DNA of 56,265 nt, counting the filler, from Catajapyx aquilonaris (taxonomy: Eukaryota): the NCBI GenBank assembly GCA_000934665.2. It is 2 parts of 2 records of this genome, joined end to end, with 100 filler letters (N's around TTAATTAATTAA, not from the genome) between each part and the next. Parts side by side here need not be neighbours in the genome. Positions count along the whole stretch, not along the records: positions 1 to 28,036 come from KZ539258.1; 1 more part is not named here. One strand, 5' to 3'. Both the position numbers and the translations under genes were made by a program. The notes under the pieces were generated by a model. That model was not told the DNA's origin, did no database searches, and saw nothing but the letters and a program-made list of their open reading frames with translations. This document shows positions 1 through 13,035 of this stretch, piece after piece. Positions within the stretch are counted from its first letter, which is position 1. Every line of letters begins with the position of its first letter.

Positions 1-285
1 TCGTACAAGAACAGTCAAGGAGATATTGAACCATAATTGAATAATATTATAGAGAGCCCTGACACTATTTCTTACGCATCAAAATAATGCAGACACATCT
101 AAGTGTATACCTGGCCAAAAGACATGTTGCAAACAGATACTTTCGAAATTTTGAAATAAATGGCGTAATATTTTACGCTCCGATTACTGTACCTTCCATG
201 TGCAGATATGTCCATTGATGACCCAATGTGGTCTCTCATTGATGTTTACAAAACTCTATCAACATTTGAGCGCACTGTAGCCAAG

Positions 286-318
286 CAGGTATTGAACCAT
301 GATTGAATAATTGAGCTC
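286..318 (+). promoter_or_regulatory. Conserved GR upstream motif GGTATTGAACCATGATTGAATAATTGAGC
   Basis: Recurs 150-190 bp upstream of GR-1, -2 (~2530), -3 (~4372), -6 (~19585-19613), -7 (~22530-22560) and -8 (~25187-25215), plus a copy at ~21-46. Confidence 0.6.
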
Positions 319-478
319 CAAATATACACAATTCCCCAAGCATAAACATAATGCAAAGATAATACGCAGCGTATCATTGGGCAACAGAAGTGTTGTTGTA
401 GACCACTGAAACAGTCGGAAAAATTATGGTGACACACATTCTTGGTGTAGAGTCGATTCACTACGAGTGTGCCTAAAC

Positions 479-2373
479 ATGCATGGTCGTGGACATGTGA
501 ACACACCCAGGACGGCATGGATTCCTCCAAAAGGGAAGTCAGTGAAGTGGGCATTTCAGCCAATCGCAGTGTCCTCAGTGGTTGGAGGAATGCTGCCTGT
601 TTCCTTCATAAGAAGTGAATCCAGGAGAAGTGAAACATGCTGGCAAAGATGGCCGTCTTTTCTGAACGGATTAGTATTTATTTCCTGCTATTCGTACTGC
701 TTTGTGTCACCTCCTTCTGCGTTTATGGCCTTCACTAAAAGAGGCACCACGACAATGTGCAATGATGCAATAATTTACGCATCAGAGCTCTTGTTTCCTC
801 TAGCAACCTTCATGATAATTCAGACCAAGGCGGGAGACATACACAGCTTCTTGGAGAGAGTCGCCACCGTTACCACGCACCTGCTGGTTGAATCAGACAC
901 AATCTCAAAGCTAAGAAACCACTCCTGCAGTCTTGTCATCTCCTGCCTGTGCATCAACACTGTGACACTCTTTACCACGTTAGCACCTTACATTGAGACA
1001 TGTTCTCTGCCAGATGTATTTCTCATATTTCTGATAGCGTACAGCTCAAATATCATCACATCGACGACGACCCAAATGTGTTTCTTCGCTCTGGCTCTCC
1101 GGAACTGCTTCAGAAGAGTCAACACCATAGTGCACGGTGTATGCAGCGATATACAAGTACGAACTCCTATGGAAAAAGACACATCAACCTCTGAATCCAG
1201 CACTCAGAGTCTCGATTTGGCATGCAAGAATTTTGTTGATCTGTGTGACATCGTAGGTGAATTTGGGAAGGTGTACGGCTACATCTTGACTGTCAGCTAC
1301 ACCGCGTTTCTTCTGGACACCATCTCCATTCTGTACTACACGGTCTATTCAGCTGGAGCCAACTTAAACGAGTTGGATATCATTGCAAATATTCTGTACA
1401 TTGTGAGCCACGCAGCTAGTACTCTTGTACTCACCATACTTCTGGGTAATATATCCGTCGAGGTAAGTCTCCAATCCTATGCATTCGCTTTTCACCAGTT
1501 CATATCGGATTGGTACAGTGTTGGACATTAATCGGAATCGGGTCATACAGCTTGCGACATTTTCTGATGCGGCAGAAGTGCAAATTGAAGTGATCGAGTG
1601 CGGCTCGCCCTCTATCACTTCGATTTGCACGTCTGCAGCATCGGAAAATGTCGCTTGCAGTATAGTGGAATTAATGTCCAGCACTGTAGGCTACAGTACA
1701 AAGACGAGGGACAGACCGGCAAACAATATATGCCTAATCAAATAGGTTTCATTCCAACAAGTTCCATTAATCACTGGTTGTCTTGCAACACAGGCTACCG
1801 AGAGTGCAACAGATCTGGTGCGCATCCGAACATATTCTTCAAACAACAACCAAGTAAACTGTGTAAGTCATGACATTATTGATTAATAATATTTTAATAA
1901 CAATCAGGACCATGATAAACGTAGCACAAATTAATGCGTTCTGTTCATTTCGGATTGACCGCTTAGGTAACGTGCTTAACTTACAATACTTGTTGCTTAT
2001 TGACAGTAAGTTAAATGGACCGAATTGATGCAAGCCGATTTGTTTAATTGTCATGCCATCCTGCAAAAAATAAACATAAAGTTAATTCCAGGCCAACTCA
2101 ATGCTCCAGCTGATGTCGGTTACGCCCATTCAAGTCACAGCCTCGCACTTCTTCTCAATCAAACAAGGGCTGGTCACCTCGGTAAGTCACGTTTAAGTAT
2201 TCTCAGCGTCAGGTCCTATACACAGTATAAGTTATCACACTCTGTTGCAGCTGCTGGGCACCATCTGTACTTATTTCATAATCCTGGCCCAATTCAAGGG
2301 AGCGGAAGAAGACGATAGTGAAGCAACCACACAACATTCATCTGAACCAAGAAACGTCACTGTGACTATGTAA
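479..2373 (+). CDS. Gustatory receptor (7tm_7 family), copy GR-1; exons 479-1462, 1794-1862, 2092-2181, 2251-2373
   Basis: Hydrophobic multi-TM first exon and three phase-0 GT-AG introns, read manually. The last exon encodes LLGTICTYFIILAQF, the arthropod GR TM7 motif TYhhhhhQF. The spliced frame is open to TAA at 2371. Confidence 0.92.
1516..1686. mobile_element. Tc1/mariner-type MITE (near-palindromic) in GR-1 intron 1
   Basis: TA|CAGTGTTGGACATTAAT...ATTAATGTCCAGCACTG|TA with a further internal inverted repeat of about 45 bp. Absent from the GR-2 and GR-3 intron 1. Confidence 0.8.
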
Positions 2374-2701
2374 AAAAATATACATATAAATAAAGTAGGT
2401 GTGCTAATATGGCACAATAATTTTGAATGCAATTTTTATGCAATTTTGAATAAAAAAATATTTAGATTGAGCATCAATATGTGCAAAAGTAATCAGGCAT
2501 CTACTACATTTGAATGCATCGACGGCAAGCAGGTATTGAACCATGATTGAATAATTGAGCGCCTTACTGACAGGTTTTCTCACGCCTCAAAATATTGCAA
2601 ATACATTTCTGAGTATACCCACGAGGAACAGAAATGTTGGTGTCGACAGGAGGCGTATTCTGATGAGAACCACTGTTTGGGGCAGAGTCATTCCCCTAAA
2701 C

Positions 2702-4169
2702 ATGTTAAATCTTGTGCCAGTGACCATTCCCAGGAAGGCATGGTTTCCTCCAAAAAATAAGTCAGTGAAGTGGGCATTTCAGCCCATCGCAGTGTCCTCA
2801 GTGGTTGGAGGAATGCTGCCTGTTTCCTTCATAAGAAGTGATTCCAAACGTGGGATGTGCTGGCAAAGATGGCCTGCCTTTCTCAACGGATTCGCATTTC
2901 TTTTCTGCTCAGCCTATTGCTTTGCTTCACCTCCTACAGAGTGGATGGCCTTCACTGAAAGAGGTACAACAACAATGTGCAATGATGCAATAATGTACAC
3001 AGCAGAGCTCTTGTTTCCTCTGGCAACCTTCATAATAATTCAGTTTAAAGCGGGAGACATACAGAGATTACTGGAAAGAGTCACCACCATCACTACGTAC
3101 CTTCTGGTTGAAACAGACACAAACTCAAGACTACGAAGCCACTCCTGCGTTCTTGTCATTGCCTGTCTGTGTGTGAACCTGACGACACTCTTTGCATGGT
3201 TACCACCTTTATTTGAGACACCAAGATACGATTTCCTCCCAGATACGTGCCTCATGTTTCTGCTGACTCAAAGCTCATATATCATCACCTTGACGACGAC
3301 CCAAGTGTGTTTCTTCGCTCTGACTCTCCAGAACTGTTTCAGAAGAGTCAACACCATTGTGCACCGTGTATGCGGGGACATAAAAACTTCAGCTGAAAAA
3401 CACTCAGCTTTTGGATCCACGGAGGGACTAGATTTGGCCTACGAAAATTTTGCTGATCTATGCGACACCGTAGATGAATTTGGGAAGGTGTACGGGCTCA
3501 TACTGACTGTCAGATACTCCGCCTTTCTCCTGGACACCATCGCTATCCTGTACTACGTGGTCTACTCAGCTGGAGCCACTTTAAACGCTTTGGATATCGC
3601 TGCAAACCTTCTTAACATTGTGACCAACTCCGCCAGTGTTCTTGTACTCACTATGCTTCTGGGTAATATATCCGTCGAGGTGAGTCTCCAACTAAAAATT
3701 AGGGCAAAAAAGTCGAAAAAACGAACAGGTACAAAAACACGTTCCATTAATCACATATTATCTTACAACACAGGCTACAGAGAGTGCAACGGATTTGGTG
3801 AGAATCCGAACATATTCTTCCAACCACAAAGAAGTAAACTTGGTAAATCGTGTAATTCTGCATTGTATCTGACTTTCTTTCCATATTAAACATGGATCCA
3901 ATTCCAGGCCATGTCAATGCTCCAGCTGATGTTGGTTTCTCCCATCCAAGTCACAGCCTCGCATTTCTTCTCCATCAAACAAGGGCTGGTTACCTCAGTA
4001 AGTATTATAACCTTTGGTTTATATTCTTACACGGAATAAGTCCGCAGCAAATATTCACTCTCTGTTGCAGCTCCTGGGCACCATCTGCACTTATTTCATA
4101 ATCCTTGCGCAATTCAAGGGAGAGGAAGAAGACGACAATGAAGCAACAACACAACATCCGCCTCACTAA
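2702..4169 (+). CDS. Gustatory receptor GR-2; exons 2702-3679, 3774-3842, 3908-3997, 4071-4169
   Basis: Close paralog of GR-1 with the same 69- and 90-nt internal exons, TYFIILAQF motif and an open spliced frame. Confidence 0.92.
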
Positions 4170-4532
4170 ACGAGCACAAATATTTTTGTGCACAAATGTG
4201 CACCCAATTGTTAGCCTCAGGTTAACAAAACCTTCCCCCACATGAGCACACCTACTTTACAGTATGCAATACTGAATAATAAATTTAGTGATTTTCTGCT
4301 CCATACGGTAGCATATAGGCTCGTAATAGTAAACAGGCCTGTACAACATGCGAATTCCCTGCAGGCAAGTTTGGTATTGAACCATGATTGATTAATTGAG
4401 CGACTAACAGACGCTCTTTCTCAAGCATCAAAATAATGCAGTGTGTCCATAGGGAACATAATTATTGTTGTCGACCACTGAAATAGTAACAATATTCTGA
4501 TGACGCCCTGCTTGACTCAGTGTGCCTCAAAC

Positions 4533-6026
4533 ATGCAGGATCAAGTGTCTGTCAACATACCCAGAAAGGCGTGGATTCCTCCAAATTGGGAGTCAGTGAA
4601 ATGGGCATTTCAGCCCATCGCAGTGTCCTCAGTGGTTGGAGGGATGCTGCCTGTTTCCCTCATAAGACCTGAATCCAGACGACGTGGTACGTGCTGGCAA
4701 AGGTGGCCTGCTTTTCTCAACGGATTAGCACTTCTCTTCTGCTATGCGTACTGCTTTGTGTCACCTCCTTTTGAGTGGAGAAGGTTCCCTGAAAAAGACA
4801 CCACGACAAAGTGCAGTGAGGCAATAATGTACACATCAGAGCTCTTGTTTCCTCTGGCAACCTTCATAATAATTCAAGCCAAATCTGGACACATACACAG
4901 CTTCATGGAGAGTGTCACAACCATTACTGCACACCTGATGGTTGAAACAGACACAAACTCAAGGCTAAGACACAACTCCTGCATTCTTGTCATTGCCTGC
5001 CTGTGTGTCAACACTGTCACACTCTTATCATGGTTACCACCTTTAATTGAGAAACCAGCATATGATTTATTGCCTGATTTATTGCTCATATTTCTGCTGA
5101 CGCATAGCTCATATGTTATCACCTTGACGATGGCCCAAGTGTGTTACTTCGCTCTGGCTCTCCGGAACTGCTTCAGAAGAGTAAACACCATCGTGCACCG
5201 TGTATCCAGGGACATAAAAACTCCGAACGAAAAACACACAGTTTTCGGATCCACTAACGGACTCAATGTAGCCTACGAGAATTTTGTTGATCTGTGCGAC
5301 ACCGTAGAGGAATTCGGAAAGGTGTACGGGCTCATCCTGACTGTCAGATACACCGCGTTTCTTCTGGACACCATTTCCAACTTGTATTACGTGGTCTATT
5401 CAGCTGGAGCCAGCTTAAACGCGTTGGATATCACCGCAAACACTCTGTACATTGTGAGCAATGCAGCTAGTGTTATTGTATTCACCATACTTCTGGGTAA
5501 TACATCTGTCGAGGTAAGCCATATGCCAATCCATGGCTGGAAACCAATGGTAGTCATTAATCCTTCTTTTTATCTTGCAACACAGGCCACTGAGAGTGCA
5601 ACAGACCTAGTGCGCATCAGGATTAATTCTTCCAACAAAAAACAAGTCAACTGTGTAAGTCATGAAATTATGCATTATATCTGAAGATTTTTATGCATCT
5701 CTACCAAAATGTAGGATGATCTTTTCATGTAGTTTTATTCTTCATAATAATTATTAAATATGGATCTAATTCCAGGCCAAGTCCATGCTCCAGCTGATGG
5801 TGGTAGCTCCCATCCAAGTCACAGCATCGCATTTCTTCTCAATCAAACAAGGGCTGGTTACATCCGTAAGTTACATTCTTTCTGTCTATATTCCTACACT
5901 ATAAGTTATTACTCTCTGTTGCAGATCCTGGGCACTATCTGCACGTATTTCATAATCTTGGCGCAATTCAAGGGAGCAGAAGAAGATAGTGAAGGAACCA
6001 CGCAACATGCAGTTGCAAGTCAATAA
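4533..6026 (+). CDS. Gustatory receptor GR-3; exons 4533-5513, 5586-5654, 5776-5865, 5925-6026 (alternative ATG at 4500)
   Basis: Same exon architecture and TM7 motif. Start chosen by alignment with paralog starts (MQDQVSV). Confidence 0.92.
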
Positions 6027-6717
6027 ATAGCTGCCTTGTTTTGTTCTATATCCTGGTATTGACTCTCGCTTTACCTACACAACCTTCTCGGTACTGTAAG
6101 GATAATGGGCGTAGTTACGTCACATCAGTATGCCAATTGATTGCAGCAAAATAATGACGCCATCAGAACTATTTACAAGGTTGCTACATTCAAAGTGAGT
6201 GTTTGATAAATGCCGTTTAATTATACCTTTATCGACAAAATTGTGTCTAAGATTAAACCAATTCACTTTATTTTTAAAACGCTCCTACAATGGTAAATTA
6301 TTTTTTAAATGAAGTCAACAATGCAGGTCAGTATCGGCACGGTCAGTGTCAAGTGATCAATATTGTTACAATAGACGTGGTGTGCAAGCATCTAATTATG
6401 ACCACCCCAAACGTCTCTGGCACGCTCACACACGCAAACATATCATACGTCATTCCTCCCGCTTAATTGGTCCCACAGAAGACAGTGTTGTCATTGCAAA
6501 ATCGTCACTCTGTAACGCCTTAATCGATGTTGTTCATGCCTATGGCTTTTCTCACTTTAAATACCAAGGTATGTTATTCCATTGCGTAAGTGTGTCCATA
6601 GCAGGAAACAAACATTCGGATATGGTTATTAGCAACGTGGAAAATCTAGTCACGAAAACACTCTGAGTTTTTAGAACATCTGACACGCACACCCGCAGTC
6701 GAGGTCCGAATGTCGCC

Positions 6718-8610
6718 ATGAAAGGGGTTGTAATCGAAACGCCCAAGTTCGCCTGGAAAACACCAGTCAACAAGCACACCTTAAAATGGGCCTTCCAACC
6801 TGTGGCCGTCTTGTCATCAGCAGGAGGGATGCTGCCCCTGACCTTCATCAACCGTCGCTTCACACGCATGCGACACCTGCCAGCCGTGGTCACCACTGTC
6901 GTCCTGGCCATCTACTACATCTTCTGTTTCTTCGTGATCAAACCTCCAATGTGGAAGCACCTGGAAGATGGCGAGTCCACATTTGTCTGCAGCTACGCCA
7001 TCCTGTTCGCTGCCGAGCTCTTTCTGCCCTTAGTTGCCTTTGCTGCAATCCAGAGGAAATCAAATGGCATCGACAAGCTTCTGGAACACGTGGTATCCAT
7101 CGAATCGGACCTGAACCCTCAGGAGATGAACAGAAAGCTGCGACAACACTCGTACTTTCTGGTCCTCTGGGGCTTGTTCATCACTGGGGTGACACTCTTC
7201 TCCTGGATATGGCCATACTTTGAGGAAACTGCTGAAGATCCAGAGGTGGGAGATCTGATATTGTACCTGCTTTTGACTCACAGTGCTTTTCTTCTGAACA
7301 TTCCGGTAATGCAGGCCATGTTCTTGGCCCTGGCTATCAAAAGGTGTTTCAAGGAGGTCAACACAATCATCCACTACACCTATGGAAACTTAAAGACACG
7401 TCCAGGTTGGAGGATTAGTGAGGATATGCATGTGCACCGAAAGGGTCTGGACGTGGCTTGTAGAAACTTTATGGACCTATACGATCTGACAGATGATGTT
7501 GGGAAAGTGTACGGAAGACTACTGACCATCAGGTACGCAGCCTTTCTGTTGGACACAATCTCCATGCTTTACTACATGGTGTATGTGGCCAGTGCTAAGC
7601 TGAGGGTGTTGGATATGGTCACCAATTCTGTGTACATGTTGTGCAACGTTGCCACGGTCATCATGCTCACATCTCTTCTTGGTGAAGTGTCTGTGCAAGT
7701 AAGTATTCGAATGGGGACAGGCTGTTTCCGGGTGCCCTTGACCACCCACGCTGCATGACCTATTGACCGTTGGCCTCCCCACAGTGGATCTCTAATCGAA
7801 TGTGTGGCATCACGCAATTATTGATAGTTAATCATACAGAAATGTTTGTCGCGTGATTCTAGGCCAACACAAACTTTCAGGGGTGAGGTGACCACATAAT
7901 TATGACTCACACGAAAGGTGTGGCACTTTCATTCAACAATTGCAACAATTTACATTTTATACGTATATGGTCCTACTAACATGGTAGGTAATACAAGCTT
8001 GACAATACGGAATGACAGAAAACAAAGGGGACAAAAGGCAGTGCATGTGCAGGCTTCAAAAGAGAATCACTTGGCAACCTGCAAAACAGTAGTTGGCCGA
8101 TTTCCGTGAAATGCATACATTCCAATAAAAGTAAAGAAGTGCATAGAAAAATTCAACATTAGTGATGAGCTTAACAATGTGTTTTAATCTTACCATCTTT
8201 ATGCAGGCGACTGAGAGTGTAAGTGACCTGATCAGACTCTACACTTATTCTGCCAGCAGAAATCACCAGAACTACGTGAGAACCCTCTTATTGTCAAAAT
8301 AATTTTCAAATTTGACGTCATTATAATTTTACAAAATAATCTTTACAGGCAAAACCGATGCTAATGATGATGCTGGGTCCACCCATAGAAATCACAGCCT
8401 CTCACTTTTTCTCAGTCAAATATGGGCTCGTTACTTCCGTAAGTGGATTGTTCAGCATTTTTGATCACCCCTAACTTTTTGTAGCAGTAAAACAGGCTAT
8501 TTATTTTACAGATTCTAGGCACCATTACTACCTACTTCATAATTCTGGCACAATTCAAGGGGGCTGAAGATGATGATGAAACCACGACACCTACTTCCCA
8601 GAGAAACTAG
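6718..8610 (+). CDS. Gustatory receptor GR-4 (more divergent); exons 6718-7698, 8207-8275, 8349-8438, 8512-8610
   Basis: WAFQPVAVLSSAGGMLP N-terminal motif shared with paralogs, ILGTITTYFIILAQF in the last exon, canonical splice sites. Confidence 0.92.
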
Positions 8611-9106
8611 TGGTTGCATGATCAACAAGCAGACTGACTATTGTTAATAAAATATTTTGTACACAATTATATTATACTGTATAATAAATATATCAATATA
8701 CATCTTATCGTAAGTGAAGTTTCCATTTTTTCTAATGGCATAGTGATGGACACGAATAATAACAAAGGAGAGACATAACAAAGGAACAACTTCCCACACA
8801 AAACATAGTCACGCCTGCCAGTTTTTCATGCGAACATCAATTTTGATCTTGTTTGTAGCTGCCAGCTTTTGTAAGCAGTCCTGACCTACATATGCTGACC
8901 CCCAACATGTACAACGTTGAAAAATGTTCCTTATCAAAAGAGCACTTCTGAGTGTCGATGCTATAATAAGGTGGGACATTTGTTCACAAAAAGTCTGTAC
9001 AGCATAACAGCCTTTGATCTACAATTCTACAGGGAGTGGCCATAAATTTTCTATTGTACATTGAGAGCCCATAAGGTGCTTCCTTAGTCAACTGTTAGGA
9101 CAGGAA

Positions 9107-10731
9107 ATGGAAGGTGTCGTTGTCAAGACTTCCAATGTCTGGAAATTCAGAGACACTTTACAGTGGTCATTTAAGCCAGTTGCATTGTTGTCTGCCATCG
9201 GAGGTATTCTGCCTCTAACTTTTATTAGACACTCAAGACATTTGAGATTTTCTATTGCTCATCTTAATGGGCTGATTCTTATGGTGTGCTACCTATGTTG
9301 CTTTGTGACCCCACCCAAACTGTGGATATCATTAAGTCATAAGGATTTTGCAACAAAGTGCAGCTTCTCCATTCTGTATTTGGCACAACTGTTACTACCA
9401 CTTGTCACATTTGTGCTGATGCAAAAGAAAGCAAAGGATGTGCACAACCTGATAGATGCTATTGAAAGTGTTCAAATTGATCTATCTCTTAAAGACTCGA
9501 ACCGACTGTGGAAATCCGCATGTGCATTAGTTATATGGGCCATATTTTTGATCAGCACTACTTTCTTCTCATGGGCCTGGCCTTATTTTGACAGCTCCAC
9601 AGAAAATCCTGGGATAAGTGACATTTCCCTAATTGTGTTGCTGACACACAGTTGTTACTTTATAAACGCGCCGATGATGCAAGCGATTTTTTTCGCCATT
9701 GCTGTCAATAACGGATTTGAGAGTGTGAATGTCATTATTAGTTCTACGCGTCATTTAATGCATCCTATGTACATAATAAGTACGGATTCGGTAGGTAATA
9801 AGAAAAGAGGTTTAGACGTTGCTTGTAATGCATTTCTCAAACTATGTCAAGTGACTGATAGCATTGGAAAGACTTATGGAAGCATCTTGACAATCCGATA
9901 TGCCGCGTTTCTATTGGACACTATTTCTATGCTGTATTATTTGACATTTATAGCCGCATCTAGGTTAGGCGTGTACGACCTGTTGACAAATTATGTGTAT
10001 ATTGTAAGCAACATTATTAACCTCCTCCTGATTACCATTCTACTTGGGAAACTACCAATCGAGGTGGGTACATTTTTTATAATTCCTTACATTGCATTTT
10101 TGTAAGTTAGTTTGGCAGTGGTGTAGCAAGAAATGTAATTATAAGAAATATTCGTATTTAATTGTGCAATTGAATAAGTTTCATTTACTCTTTATGGCAA
10201 GGCAACGAGGAGAGTTAGTGACCTGACACTTATCTGCATTTACACACCAAATCGAAGACATATAAACCACGTAAGTAACATTATTACTACACCACTCTAT
10301 CAGTAACATTTTGTACTATAATTATTGAAATGTGTTATCATTAGCTACTTATGGCTTATTTTAGACAATTAATTTTAATTTTTTCAAACGTAATACCTAG
10401 GTTTATTAGTAAATTTAACTTGAATATGTTTAACACTGCATTGAATATAACTAGTCATATTTTTCATCGCAGGCTAAAACTATGCTTCAGCTGATGCTTG
10501 GCTCTCCCATCCAGGTTACTGCATCTGACTTTTTCTCAATCAGATATGAGCTGGTTACATCAGTAAGTACACATCTATTGTTCAATATCATTTTCATTAC
10601 AACATCCACATTTTCTCCATTCACAGATCTTGGGCACCACAGTTACATACTTCATTATTTTGGCGCAGTTCAGATCAGCAAATATTGAAACAAAAAACTT
10701 AACAACATGTGGCGTGACAAGTGTGGAATAA
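9107..10731 (+). CDS. Gustatory receptor GR-5 (divergent); exons 9107-10063, 10202-10270, 10473-10562, 10627-10731
   Basis: Same 69/90-nt phase-0 exons, ILGTTVTYFIILAQF motif, open spliced frame. Confidence 0.9.
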
Positions 10732-11151
10732 TTAATCAACTGATGCCTCAGAATGGAGCTTCGTCATGGCTTTATTTGCTCAGTTTGTCATAGTGAGAAA
10801 AGGCCATTAAGCGCCGATTAAGTCTTTACGCGTGACGACCCTGTGAAGACACCATAAAATATCATGACACAAAAGTATGATGTACGATAAGTGTGCGTGT
10901 GTCAAGGTGAGAAGCTCTGTTTACAAGGTTACCAGCTAGGCGTGTCCGGAAAAAAAATGTGTAAACACTTTGCAGGGGTAGGCAAATCAATAACAGGGCA
11001 CAGTACAACGAATCGATTTATTGACTTGCAAGTTACATTGTGCAAAACTAGTTCTAGCCTACAAAGCAACATATTGACTTTTCACTGGTCATAACATAAT
11101 TATACTGTACAAATTAAGCTTTCAAAATTGAGCATTGTCCGTGCACATATA

Positions 11152-13035
11152 CTAGTGGAATATAATTTCTTTTATAAAAACTACAACTGCAAGGCACAAT
11201 CCAATGGACAGGATGAGAAAATGACCCCACAGCCTTCTCAGTGAAAACACCACCCTTCCTTCCTCATCATTAAATATTTGGTCCCGTCTTCTGGCTTCAG
11301 CAGCATCCAGTAATCTTCTGTGCTCCATCAGCCTGAATCTTTTCTCTTTCAATCCAATGCTGTAAAAGATGTGTAGCCAGTAGTTCCAGTTCTCCGAATA
11401 AATGGTTCCCTTTAGAAGCACAATTGCATCATACACAACAGCTGCGTCATCGTGGGATACAAAAGCAAGGTCCTGGCCATACACATCCAAACGATTCGAT
11501 GATTCCGTTAACCACCTGGTGCTTTCCATGCAGACCTTGTCTTCAGTGACTATGTTCCGGTAACACTCTTCCCAATCTGACACTGATTCAATCCTATCAC
11601 ATATAATTTTGAAAGGGTCATTCTCGTCAAATTCAATACTATTCTTTAACAACATGTAATTGTCATCTGGCATTTTTATATTGAAACTAGAATGCAGCAA
11701 TTCTCCGAAGTTCTCGGGGACATCCTCTGTCGGCGGGAAAGTCAGGAGAGTGTACAGTTTGGAACAGTAAACTGTGGTCATGACCATCGCAAAATAAATC
11801 CAGAACATTGCAAAAACCTTGGATGCTGGACGATCAGGAAATGGAGTGCTCTCTTCTATAGCTACTTTTGCCAGGTACTGCACGTACAAATTAAATGATT
11901 CAAAGTAACTGGCCTTCTTTTGAAGCAAGGTATGAGAATCTGACATAGTAAGCAGTACTAAAGTGATACTGGAAATAATCAATGAGGAAGCAATCAAACA
12001 CCACGTGCCGAGTGTGAAGGGGAAAACTGCAATTATTGCGATTCTTTTCTCGAGTGGAGTTCTAACCATAAATGTCAGTTTACCACTCGTATAAGGGGCT
12101 ATTACATCGCCGACCGCATTCATAAACTCTATGACTGGCATCTCCGAGAAGAAATTTATTCTTCCTCGTATAATGTCGTCCACAAGATCATTGATCGCAG
12201 ACATATTGTTAAGCACTGAGGCAAAATCGACTTGAGAGATGTTCCAAGTGAAGTTCAATGCTGTTCCTAAGAAACACATTTGAATGCTCCTGGAAGTTTC
12301 ATTACACTCTAAATTACTCTCGTGAAATGCGTTCACAGATTGCAAAAATTTACGGTGGAAGTTTTTGGCCGAGTCCTTAAATATTAGTTTGTAGGAAATA
12401 TTTTCGGACGGTATCATTGTCGACTCAACAGTTGGGTTCCCTTCGTTGCAGAAATAGCAAACGGAATGTGCCAGCAAAGAATTGGTTTGAATCGAGTTGA
12501 TCATCACTTTGTACTTGATTTTAGACAGTGACTGCTCAAGAAGAACTTCGACGTCCTGGTCATCCCTAATCCACAACACAAATCTGTCTCTAGTACGTTT
12601 CGCCACCAGGATGGCCTCTTCTGCATCCAAGATCTCCTCCATGAAATCTTTACAGTTGGACGAACATACCACGACCAGATGCACTGCACACTTGGCCATC
12701 TTCTCCTTTGGATCCAGTTCTAAACCGGTGTGTGAGGTTGATTCCCCAGGATCGCAGGTCCAAGTGTTGCCTGCTGAGCCTGACTTAGAGACAAGCACAG
12801 GTCGTCCAAGAAGAGACACGTTTGTCAACAGAGTCACGACAGATTCAGGCAGTGCTCCTGAAACATCATGGTGCACAACCAGAGGACACTCCACTAGTTC
12901 ATCCTCCTTCAGAAGATTCCACATAAACTCAGCCTGTTCAAAAGTCTCTCTGTCCCTCGCATGAATCTGTGTACGACCTGACACCATTGACAGTAACAAG
13001 GCAGATAATGTGCAGCAGGTGAGAGGGAGCGACAT
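11152..13035 (-). CDS. Divergent ionotropic receptor (IR; iGluR-related chemoreceptor), intronless, copy IR-1
   Basis: Signal peptide, S1-like LNFT segment, M1 preceded by PFTLGTW, M3-like VMTTVYCSKLYTLLTFP (equivalent to SYTANL), S2 and terminal M4 (LWGHFLILSIGL). First ATG at 13035. Confidence 0.88.
   Translation of the reverse strand: MSLPLTCCTLSALLLSMVSGRTQIHARDRETFEQAEFMWNLLKEDELVECPLVVHHDVSGALPESVVTLLTNVSLLGRPVLVSKSGSAGNTWTCDPGESTSHTGLELDPKEKMAKCAVHLVVVCSSNCKDFMEEILDAEEAILVAKRTRDRFVLWIRDDQDVEVLLEQSLSKIKYKVMINSIQTNSLLAHSVCYFCNEGNPTVESTMIPSENISYKLIFKDSAKNFHRKFLQSVNAFHESNLECNETSRSIQMCFLGTALNFTWNISQVDFASVLNNMSAINDLVDDIIRGRINFFSEMPVIEFMNAVGDVIAPYTSGKLTFMVRTPLEKRIAIIAVFPFTLGTWCLIASSLIISSITLVLLTMSDSHTLLQKKASYFESFNLYVQYLAKVAIEESTPFPDRPASKVFAMFWIYFAMVMTTVYCSKLYTLLTFPPTEDVPENFGELLHSSFNIKMPDDNYMLLKNSIEFDENDPFKIICDRIESVSDWEECYRNIVTEDKVCMESTRWLTESSNRLDVYGQDLAFVSHDDAAVVYDAIVLLKGTIYSENWNYWLHIFYSIGLKEKRFRLMEHRRLLDAAEARRRDQIFNDEEGRVVFSLRRLWGHFLILSIGLCLAVVVFIKEIIFH

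Noticed and set aside
1364..1745. Similar peptides on both strands (ATFSDAAxVQIEVIE...)
   Set aside because: Artefact of the palindromic MITE.
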